Source: Ylistrum balloti (lineage: Eukaryota). From it: a stretch of 64,000 nt of DNA. This document shows positions 55,501-64,000 of the stretch, piece after piece. How positions within the stretch are numbered: position 1 is the stretch's first letter; every line of letters starts with the position of its first letter. The notes beneath the pieces were generated by a model. The model ran no database searches. It saw only the letters and a program-made list of their open reading frames with translations, and had not been told where the DNA came from. The translations under genes and the position numbers were made by a program. The stretch is from contig NW_026781872.1 of the NCBI RefSeq assembly GCF_031769215.1, forward strand, positions 186,001-250,000. The letters are read 5' to 3'.

Positions 55501-58500
55501 AGGATGTAAAACTTTATTCCATAAATAAAGCATTTTATTTCTCAAAGAACATCGGAATAACAGAATAATAATCCGAATTCCAGTTCATTAAATGACAGCC
55601 GAAGTTATTCATTGAACGTTGAATGGCAAAGGATCTCTTTCAAGAGCAATGGAATTTAACCCAAGCACCAAATTAAATGAAAATGGATGGTATTTGTAGC
55701 ACCTTGAGTGACAACCCGAAAAAAACAAATCAAAAGGTCCGTAGAGCCTGTGCTACCACCCATTTAGTGTCGTAACCATAGGAGTATGACAGGGTTCAGT
55801 ATTTTCTTTTGAAAAAAGTATTAAAACCACAGTATTCATTACCAAGTGATATCATGTTGGATAGACAAGGACCAGTATGGCAATATGGTGGTAAATATGT
55901 ATAAAAATATTGCAAAATAAAAAAGTGGAAATGTATTATTTTTATTGACATTTTTGCAAAGAACTGAATCATGTATTTCAAATTTTGATGCAATCTTTAT
56001 TTGGCGCTTGAGGATGAGAACATTTGTTGATAATTTCAGGAAATTCGAAAAACCGTTAAAGGTGTCATTTAAAAGCAAAAAAAAATATATATTAGTATTT
56101 CAAATTGTTGGGGTTCTACAGGGGCCAATATCGCTAAAAATATGTAAAAACAAAGTGTACAAGGCCATAAAATGTCAGTTATCTCTATTAGTTCAGGAGT
56201 TTTATGGTGACCTGAATATAATCTGATTTACTTTGAGAGTGTTATGAAAATAAAATAAACGACTTAAGAAACTTTACTATCTTTTTGCGATGTAGGAAAA
56301 TTATTTCATATTGTAGATCACCCTTCTTGCGATGACGGATATTGGCAATGTGCTAATAAGGAATGTATACCAGTTTATGATATATGTGATGGTGACCTGG
56401 AATGCGTAGATGGAAGTGACGAATCTCACGAACTCTGTACAGGTATTAATATATTATGTAGACCAAACTTTTGACAAGAGGAGGGTTACTGTTACTTTCC
56501 ATCAATCTGAATTCATATAATTTTTTTACATTAAGATTTACACGAGATGATTATCATGTGTCTTGCACAGAAATCAACAAGGTGATTCCTCTATGAAATA
56601 CAAAGTCTTAGACAGAAAGAAGAATAAGAGCAAAATATAAAGAAAAGAAAACTATTGTATTTATGCTTTAATTGTACAACGATCTATTATATTTTTTACT
56701 TTTGAATTTTGTACTTTGTAATCACGGATACAATAATGAAATATCGTCGTCATAGATTTATTTTTAAGAATTGACAAAATATTGTTGGGATTTTAGAAAA
56801 TAGAAACGTGTTAACAAAGAAGAGAACTTGTAATTATCCCAACTATAGTCGCTTTAATTTGTCATGATTTACGCGTTCTTTGTTTCAGATAGAAACGTTC
56901 TACCATCAGAATATACTTTCCGGTGCCTTGAACCGAACCGTATTTTACCGTTGGCGAGGAAATGTGACGGTGTGCATGACTGTAAATCGGACGAATCATC
57001 ATGTTCGTCATTTACGACCTACTTCTCCTGTTCTTCATGGGTCGAAAGGACAAACGATGTCGCCTCGTCTGAGGTATCGGTTGACTACGGAATGCCACAA
57101 TACGGTACTTTTACGTTCAGTTACATTATGTTTAAGGATTTTATTTCATTGGCTAGGACTCTGAAAAGAACACTGAATTTTGAAGCAAGAAAACAAAATA
57201 TAACTATTTCATTCAGAATGGAAAATGAGGCAAAAAGTACAATATTGTTATCTCATGACACTTTAAGTCGTTATAAATAAGAGATTTGTTTACAAATGAT
57301 TACAAAAATCATAAGAAGACAGTTGAATGGTTATGTTAAGATAATTTACGTATAAAGGCGATAGCTCGATTTAAACTGAAATTGATATTCAGTACCGATG
57401 TTGTATTCCATGAAATAGAACTGTCATTTGACGGCGTAGTAAAGGTCAAGTGTTGGATGTGTTTAATAACATTTAAGAATATATATTCTTTGTTCGTATA
57501 TATTTATTTCTTGCAGGAAAAGTAAGCGTACACTGCCTCATCTCCAACATGACAGTTGACACAACCTGGACATTCTTACCAGAACAAGATGTAGTGATAC
57601 CATACGAGGTAGTATCAATTGTGTCTAATGCATTTTGGTTTGAGACAAAGTGGTCCAATAGGCAATTTCAAGAGATCGCTTACCAGTCTCGATTTCAACA
57701 GAAGGCAATGCTAGCTGCAGCATCATCTTGTGTGCAGTATATTCGGCCATGTAGCTACTTCGTTTACATCCCTGGAGTTGTGATTGAGTGGACGAACGGA
57801 GATGGTGATTTACACAGTATGGAAATTGCTGATTACGAAGGATGTTTTGGATTATGTACTAGAGCTGAGTGAGTAGATGTAACTTTAAGTTATATATCGT
57901 ATCAAATTGATTTGTTTATGTAAAAGCTTTCATTACAAGGCACATATATCATATCCATTTTACATATGATTAACTGACCTGACTACAAAAACAACAAAAG
58001 AAAACCCTATCCCTAGTATATAGTACAAAATACAAAGAAAAATTACTTAAACACTATCAAAGAACAATAAGACCAGATGTTCCGGAAAGGTAAACGTCTT
58101 CTGCTTTATCAATACCACTCGGCACGTGACTCTCGGTCAATCTAAGTAAAGTGAAATGTGATATAACACTTTTCTTGATATGTAATTTAACAAAGTTTTC
58201 ATATCTAAAGCAGGACCATTTCTGAGAATAGATATCCTGATAAAAATTGAATAGCAAAAACAAAAACCTCTTTTGACTTTACCAACCATTCCATGAACAT
58301 TTCCAATCAGTCATTTAATCTTCAGGTTAAACTTATCTGGAAAAAAACACTGCAAACGTTTTTTTAATGTTGCAGACACTGTATACTATGTTTGTGTTTT
58401 TTATGCTCATATAGCAGTCATTATGAATGCATACATTTATCATTGTGCTTAAATCCAAAACATGACTATGCGCTAAAACTTTGCTTTGATTATACACGGT

Positions 58501-61500
58501 ATAATCTTATCTACAGAATTTACCTGTTTATCTGCCACCGATTACAAAAGTTTTCTCAATGATATCTTCTGTAACAATAGAAGTCAACAGAAATTCTGTT
58601 CTTTTATCTAATCTCATTTAGAATTTATTTCATCATGTGACGAACACACCTTTTTGTTTACATTTCATATCGTAGAATGTGGAAAAAAAGTCTTACTAAA
58701 TGGAAATTTAATAGAGGAAAGTTAATTTGTTCGTTTCACAAGCAATGAACCACATCCGTGAATGGTTACACCCTGTCATATCAAAAATCCGTTCAGAATA
58801 TGGTACTGTAGAGGAAAATTTCAGCGGCGATACAAAGTTGAATGGTTTGTACTCTGGTGACCTTTCAACAAGTTCTTAGTGTAAGCATTATTGAATGGTT
58901 TGTACTCTGGTGACTGTCAACAAGTTCTAAGTGTAAGCATTATTGAATGGTTTGTACTCTGGTGACTGTCAACAAGTTCTTAGTGTAAGCATTATTGAAT
59001 GGTTTGTACTCTGGTGACCTTTCAACAAGTTCTAAGTGTAAGCATTATTGAATGGTTTGTACTCTGGTGACTGTCAACAAGTTCTAAGTGTAAGCATTAT
59101 TGAATGGTTTGTACTCTCTGGTGACCTTTCAACAAGTTCTAAGTGTAAGCATTATTGAATGGTTTGTACTCTGGTGACTGTCAACAAGTTCTTAGTGTAA
59201 GCATTATTGAATGGTTTGTACTCTGGTGACCTTTCAACAAGTTCTTAGTGTAAGCATTATTGAATGGTTTGTACTCTGGTGACTGTCAACAAGTTCTTAG
59301 TGTAAGCATTATTGAATGGTTTGTACTCTGGTGACTCAACAAGTTCTAAGTGTAAGCATTATTGAATGGTTTGTTCTCAACAAAGTGTAAGCATTATTGA
59401 ATGGTTTGTACTCTGGTGACCTTTCAACAAGTTCTTAGTGTAAGCATTATTGAATGGTTTGTACTCTGGTGACCTTTCAACAAGTTCTAAGTGTAAGCAT
59501 TATTGAATGGTTTGTACTCTGGTGACTGTCAACAAGTTCTAAGTGTAAGCATTATTGAATGGTTTGTACTCTGGTGACTGTCAACAAGTTCTAAGTGTAA
59601 GCATTATTGAATGGTTTGTACTCTGGTGACTGTCAACAAGTTCTTAGTGTAAGCATTATTGAATGGTTTGTACTCTGGTGACCTTTCAACAAGTTCTAAG
59701 TGTAAGCATTATTGAATGGTTTGTACTCTGGTGACTGTCAACAAGTTCTTAGTGTAAGCATTATTGAATGGTTTGTACTCTGGTGACTGTCAACAAGTTC
59801 TAAGTGTAAGCATTATTGAATGGTTTGTACTCTGGTGACCTTTCAACAAGTTCTTAGTGTAAGCATTATTGAATGGTTTGTACTCTGGTGACCTTTCAAC
59901 AAGTTCTTAGTGTAAGCATTATTGAATGGTTTGTACTCTCTGGTGACTGTCAACAAGTTCTAAGTGTAAGCATTATTGAATGGTTTGTACTCTCTGGTGA
60001 CCTTTCAACAAGTTCTAAGTGTAAGCATTATTGAATGGTTTGTACTCTGGTGACCTTTCAACAAGTTCTTAGTGTAAGCATTATTGAATGGTTTGTACTC
60101 TGGTGACTGTCAACAAGTTCTTAGTGTAAGCATTATTGAATGGTTTGTACTTTCAACTCTGTAAGCATTATTGAACCTACTCAACAAGTTCTTAGTGTAA
60201 GCATTATTGAATGGTTTGTACTCTGGTGAATGGTTTGTCAACTGTCAACAAGTTCTTAGTGTAAGCATTATTGTTCTTAGTGTAAGCATTATTGAATGGT
60301 TTGTACTCTCTGGTGACTGTCAACAAGTTCTTAGTGTAAGCATTATTGAATGGTTTGTACTCTGGTGACTGTCAACAAGTTCTTAGTGTAAGCATTATTG
60401 AATGGTTTGTACTCTCTGGTGACTGTCAACAAGTTCTAAGTGTAAGCATTATTGAATGGTTTGTACTCTGGTGACCTTTCAACAAGTTCTAAGTGTAAGC
60501 ATTATTGAATGGTTTGTACTCTCTGGCGACCTTTCAACAAGTTCTAAGTGTAACAAGTTCTCAACAAGTTCTTAGTGTAAGCATTATTGAATGGTTTGTA
60601 CCCTCTGGTGACCTTTCAACAAGTTCTTAGTGTAAGCATTATTGAATGGTTTGTACTCTGGTGACCTTTCAACAAGTTCTTAGTGTAAGCATTATTGAAT
60701 GGTTTGTACTCTGGTGACCTTTCAACAAGTTCTTAGTGTAAGCATTATTGAATGGTTTGTACTCTGGTGACTGTCAACAAGTTCTAAGTGTAAGCATTAT
60801 TGAATGGTTTGTACTCTGGTGACCTTTCAACAAGTTCTAAGTGTAAGCATTATTGAATGGTTTGTACTCTGGTGACTGTCAACAAGTTCTTAGTGTAAGC
60901 ATTATTGAATGGTTTGTACTCTGGTGACCTTTCAACAAGTTCTTAGTGTAAGCATTATTGAATGGTTTGTACTCTCTGGTGACTGTCAACAAGTTCTAAG
61001 TGTAAGCATTATTGAATGGGTTGTACTCTGGTGACCTTTCAACAAGTTCTTAGTGTAAGCGTTATTGAATGGTTTGTACTCTCTGGTGACTGTCAACAAG
61101 TTCTAAGTGTAAGCATTATTGAATGGTTTGTACTCTGGTGACCTTTCAACAAGTTCTAAGTGTAAGCATTATTGAATGGTTTGTACTCTGGTGACCTTTC
61201 AACAAGTTCTTAGTGTAAGCATTATTGAATGGTTTGTACTCTGGTGACCTTTCAACAAGTTCTAAGTGTAAGCATTATTGAATGGTTTGTACTCTCTGGT
61301 GACCTTTCAACAAGTTCTAAGTGTAAGCATTATTGAATGGTTTGTACCCTCTGGTGACCTTTCAACAAGTTCTTAGTGTAAGCATTATTGAATGGTTTGT
61401 ACTCTGGTGTCAACAAGTTCTAGTGTAAGCAATTGAAGTTCTCAACAAGTGTAAGCATTATTGAATGGTTTGTACTCTGGTGACTGTCAACAAGTTCTAA

Positions 61501-63850
61501 GTGTAAGCATTATTGAATGGTTTGTACTCTGGTGACCTTTCAACAAGTTCTTAGTGTAAGCATTATTGAATGGTTTGTACCCTCTGGTGACCTTTCAACA
61601 AGTTCTTAGTGTAAGCATTATTGAATGGTTTGTACTCTGGTGACTGTCAACAAGTTCTAAGTGTAAGCATTATTGAATGGTTTGTACTCTGGTGACTGTC
61701 AACAAGTTCTTAGTGTAAGCATTATTGAATGGTTTGTACTCTGGTGACCTTTCAACAAGTTCTTAGTGTAAGCATTATTGAATGGTTTGTACTCTGGTGA
61801 CCTTTCAACAAGTTCTAAGTGTAAGCATTATTGAATGGTTTGTACTCTGGTGACCTTTCAACAAGTTCTTAGTGTAAGCATTATTGAATGGTTTGTAGTT
61901 CTCTGGTGACCTGTCAACAAGTTCTAAGTGTAAGCATTATTGAATGGTTTGTACTCTGGTGACCTTTCAACAAGTTCTTAGTGTAAGCATTATTGAATGG
62001 TTTGTACTCTGGTGACTGTCAACAAGTTCTAAGTGTAAGCATTATTGAATGGTTTGTACTCTGGTGACCTTTCAACAAGTTCTTAGTGTAAGCATTATTG
62101 AATGGTTTGTACTCTGGTGACTGTCAACAAGTTCTAAGTGTAAGCATTATTGAATGGTTTGTACTCTGGTGACTGTCAACAAGTTCTAAGTGTAAGCATT
62201 ATTGAATGGTTTGTACTCTGGTGACCTTTCAACAAGTTCTTAGTGTAAGCATTATTGAATGGTTTGTACTCTCTGGTGACTGTCAACAAGTTCTTAGTGT
62301 AAGCATTATTGAATGGTTTGTACTCTGGTGACCTTTCAACAAGTTCTTAGTGTAAGCATTATTGAATGGTTTTGTGACTTTCAACAAGTTCTAGTGTAAG
62401 ACTCTGTCTTTCAACAAGTTCTAAGTGTAAGCATTATTGAATGGTTTGTACTCTGGTGACCTTTCAACAACAAGTTCTGAATGGTTTGTAGTGTAAGCAT
62501 TATTGAATGGTTTATACTCTCTGGTGACTGTCAACAAATTCTAAGTGTAAGCATTATTGAATGGTTTGTACTCTCTGGTAGTGTAAGCATTATTGAATGG
62601 TTTGTACTCTGGTGACTTTCAACAAGTTCTTAGTGTAAGCATTATTGAATGGTTTGTACTCTGGTGACCTTTCAACAAGCATTATTGAATGTGTAATCTC
62701 AACATTATTGAATGGTTTGTACTCTGGTGACCTTTCAACAAGTTCTTAGTGTAAGCATTATTTGGAATCAACAAGTTCTTAGTGTAACTGAATGGTTTGT
62801 ACTCTGGTGACTTTCAACAAGTTCTAGTGTAAGCATTATTGAATGGTTTGTACTATCTGGTTCTAAGTGTAAGCATTATTGAATACATTTTGACTTGAAA
62901 TTAAAAACATTATTTACAATTAAAACGACTTGTATTTTACCAATGTCACAGCCTATATAGGACTCAACACGTGTTTAATATATTTGCAGTGGATTATAAC
63001 TCTGAAGTATTGAGATCAACAAGTTCTGAAAGTATTGAACAATTAGTGTAAGCATTATTGAATGGGAGTGTATACACATATATTTTAAATTTATGAGGCT
63101 TAATGTCTGTTACCTAATTTTCATTTAAACTATTGCAGATATTTTACTTAATGTGCACTATTTCGTTATTTATCAGATGTTGGCTGTATTTAATGGAGGT
63201 TTGTCAATCATTTGCTGGTAGGGATGTTTATTGGTTTAAAAGTATAAATGGTATCATAATTCACAATATTGATTTCAAATTTTAGATCTACACTATCACA
63301 ACAGACAGCCTAGTTACGTTCCATGTAAAAATGGTCTTTATTATGACCCATCCCTTCAGTGCTTGATGAATTTTGACCCTACTGGAGAGCCGATGGCCTG
63401 TCGTGACCTCACGCACCTCGAAAACTGTGGTAACTGATGACATTATGTACACTTAAATCATCTTGTTATTTGGCAGGAAGGAAAGCGATATAATTTCAGT
63501 CCTTTGTTATGTTTATATTGAAAGATTGTAAAAATGCACAAATGAAGCTAAACAGTAATATCAATTCATCCGCTATAACATTAATATACGGACAATCATC
63601 AAAGTTACAAAGTTTGGAATTAATTTGATAACATATCATATCCTACGTGACTATATACTATAATACTGTAAGAATACTTATTACGTGAAGAAAGATTGAA
63701 ATGTAGCAACCATCCCTCTTTATTTTTTTTCAGATCGTTTCACGTGTCCCGAATACTATGTTAAATGTCCAGATTCTTTCTGTATCCATATGAAATATAT
63801 ATGTGACGGTACTGGGCACTGTCCAAACCGTGAGGACGAATTAGACTGTG
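39387..63850 (+). CDS. Partial multi-exon gene for a mosaic secreted or cell-surface protein (signal peptide, acidic Thr-rich repeats, Ig-like domains, C-type lectin, LDLa repeats, PAN-like segment); GRL101-like receptor ectodomain; 3' end outside the window
   Basis: Hand-spliced exons: 39387-40523, 41227-41643, 42482-42654, 43969-44176, 45883-45927, 48585-48875, 49653-49686, 50422-50588, 50984-~51060, [gap], 53024-53164, 54676-54789, 56317-56442, 56889-57104, 57517-57868, [gap], 63286-63429, 63734-63850. Phases chain correctly apart from the two gaps and a frame break at ~40160. Confidence 0.7.
39717..40290 (+). repeat. Coding tandem repeat, 66 bp (2x33 bp) unit TTNSDGVDDKFTTGSEGIDNEV, ~9 units
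   Basis: Visible in the DNA and in the ORF translation. Two units are 63 bp variants (TNTDVDDKF). Confidence 0.95.
41227..41643 (+). CDS. Exon: V-type Ig-like domain (ICILC...W...LRLAI..TLCDDAKEYRC)
   Basis: Phase 1-1 exon of 417 nt. The C..D...Y.C F-strand motif is present. It lies within track ORF 41178..41651. Confidence 0.75.
42482..44176 (+). CDS. Two exons (42482-42654, 43969-44176) forming a second Ig-like domain (VELTC...HKW...DGCTY...VVWC)
   Basis: Acceptor ttgcag and phase 0 donor AAT|GTAAGT. The last ccccttacag acceptor of the 44-bp array gives in-frame TINVPLVIFSPIIELDGCTY. Donor G|GTATGT. Confidence 0.7.
43340..43993 (+). repeat. 44-bp minisatellite, ~15 units, made of a polypyrimidine tract, AG and the first 8 codons of the exon
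   Basis: Unit actatcaacgtacctttggtgatttaagttacttccccttacag. AG falls at exact 44-nt steps from 43352 to 43968 (AT at 43616). Confidence 0.97.
44295..44460. mobile_element. Possible MITE relic with repeated aatccgga subterminal motifs (pogo/Tc1-like)
   Basis: Several (a)atccgga motifs are clustered after a tacaatggacct-like start. No second terminus was found. Confidence 0.35.
44860..45076 (+). mobile_element. Relic of a Penelope-like RT region
   Basis: Track ORF 44880..45092 contains YVIVSADK(T)ASNNLTLVCKHFY. This matches the VPADKAxNNxxxVCK motif that precedes the RT of the family seen at 53390-54600. Confidence 0.6.
45077..45565. repeat. 59-bp tandem array, 8 near-identical units plus a partial
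   Basis: Unit catgaagctggtttaagtttgttaccatggtaatcagtctgacagtaaggaaacatctt starts at 45077, 45136, 45195 and so on. It contains the palindrome TTACCATGGTAA. Confidence 0.97.
45883..45927 (+). CDS. 45-nt linker exon (VASEENEDPCVDPSN)
   Basis: tatatacag acceptor, C|GTAAGT donor, phase 1-1, open frame. Confidence 0.7.
46051..46742. mobile_element. ~690 bp TA-ended MITE
   Basis: Left end TACTGTAAATCACTT (46051) and right end AAGTGATTTACGGTA (46728-46742) form a 15-bp inverted repeat with one mismatch. There is no coding capacity. Confidence 0.78.
46704..47620. repeat. 61-bp tandem array, ~15 units, made of the MITE right terminus plus flank
   Basis: Unit gaacgcgaacatcaataccacacgaagtgatttacggtacaaaactttaaggaaagcgaat. 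Period 61 (46765, 46826 and so on). Confidence 0.97.
48585..48875 (+). CDS. Exon: I-set/C2-type Ig domain (LNLTC..GWYF..LTLIIPSL..HRGWYKC), missed by the ORF track
   Basis: tttttaaag acceptor, 291 nt open, G|GTAAGT donor, phase 1-1. The Cys-Trp-Cys core is intact. Confidence 0.88.
49653..51060 (+). CDS. Three exons (49653-49686, 50422-50588, 50984-~51060): N-terminal two-thirds of a C-type lectin domain
   Basis: Spliced: ESCRQNGILIAG|HVYEFAF...ASSCAANNGTIASIHN...VNIG|LSLTANTLSWQNFVWADGSPLTFRE. Phases 1-2-1 chain. The last donor is weak and the C-terminal lectin exon was not found. Confidence 0.75.
50066..50235 (+). mobile_element. Degenerate copy of the tRNA-derived SINE
   Basis: cccagtgataacgca..gcctttcacc...ggggttcgattcc, and 3' part ttcgcgcgcttccatcc shared with 2455-2470. 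Confidence 0.7.
51770..52560 (+). mobile_element. Decayed mariner (Tc1/mariner) transposase with internal deletions
   Basis: Fragments MRKFSARYIPRHLT, VMVSVFWDAGGI, LLRQLRDNIK..RRG, DNA and FELIEHSPYPPDIARSYFYLFPKLK. The last is the YSPDLAPSD equivalent (track ORF 52322..52516). Confidence 0.88.
53024..57104 (+). CDS. Four LDL-receptor class A exons (53024-53164, 54676-54789, 56317-56442, 56889-57104)
   Basis: [131 protein letters not shown]. All are phase 1-1 with GT-AG. Confidence 0.92.
53390..54600 (+). mobile_element. Decayed Penelope-like reverse transcriptase with 3' tail
   Basis: Across stops and frameshifts: KNTKELL, FDFSILNTSIPH (duplicated at ~53600-53700), YTEGEIVKMIE, CAPLLADLFLF*YEADFIEQL, IDNVLS (YIDD equivalent), IYP..L..KDT, DKSDDFNLLIVNF, GIYLSQ. 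RT identity is firm; the PLE assignment is from recalled motifs. Confidence 0.78.
57517..57868 (+). CDS. Exon: segment ending in the start of a PAN/Apple-like domain (CSYFVYIPG...GCFGLC)
   Basis: ttcttgcag acceptor, open frame (track ORF 57549..57872), GA|GTGAGT donor, phase 1 to 2. The domain label is from pattern recall only. Confidence 0.72.
58838..62883. repeat. ~4.05 kb satellite of 52-55 bp units (~75 copies) inside an intron
   Basis: Unit gaatggtttgtactct(ct)ggtgac(cttt|tgt)caacaagttct(t|a)agtgtaagcattatt. There are several scrambled patches. Confidence 0.98.
63286..63850 (+). CDS. Two exons (63286-63429, 63734-63850): atypical LDLa-like repeat and LDLa repeat of GRL101 type
   Basis: VPCKNGLYYDPSLQCLMNFDPTGEPMACRDLTHLENC and FTCPEYYVKCPDSFCIHMKYICDGTGHCPNREDELDC. 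Both are phase 1-1 with GT-AG. Confidence 0.9.
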
Positions 63851-64000
63851 GTGAGCGTGATGTTATCTCTCTTCTTGAAATGGTTTTACAGAATTTGGCT
63901 AAAGAGCAACAAGAAAATACCAATATGTTAACAATCATAATCAAAACTCAAATCCAATATATAAACAAAATTAAAATATAAACAAAAGGAAAATTTTACT

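Noticed and set aside
58746-58748. Selenocysteine TGA in the receptor gene
   Set aside because: There is no Cys-equivalent evidence, no SECIS is visible, the exon itself is uncertain, and simpler explanations exist.
58838-62883. CRISPR array (also considered for the 44, 59 and 61 bp arrays)
   Set aside because: The units are head-to-tail with no unique spacers, there are no cas genes, and the context is an intron-containing eukaryotic gene.

Overview
AT-rich eukaryotic genomic DNA with spliceosomal GT-AG introns; there are no prokaryotic features. It is probably a mollusc, likely a bivalve, inferred from the repeat families and gene types. Three zones. (1) 1-2003: a decayed, 5'-truncated L1/Tx1-clade LINE on the minus strand. 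Its ORF1 carries CCHC knuckles plus an SGNH-esterase domain, followed by the APE endonuclease of ORF2. (2) 2004-34200: a tandem array of four intact 5-coding-exon cytosolic sulfotransferase genes (295 aa each by hand splicing) plus a decayed exon of a fifth. Copies 1-3 lie in an ~8.25 kb tandem duplication, and copy 2 appears to be a recombinant of copies 3 and 1. The spacers carry tRNA-derived V-domain SINEs and a HINE/Helentron-like insertion. (3) 39387-64000+: a multi-exon plus-strand gene that runs off the window, with signal peptide, acidic Thr-rich repeats, Ig-like domains, C-type lectin, LDLa repeats and a PAN-like segment. It resembles the ectodomain of GRL101-type receptors. Its introns hold mariner and Penelope-like relics, a MITE and four unrelated tandem arrays (44, 59, 61 and 52-55 bp). 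At least two arrays are amplifications of functional boundaries: a 3' splice site and a MITE terminus. All gene models and counts were made by hand and need computational confirmation.
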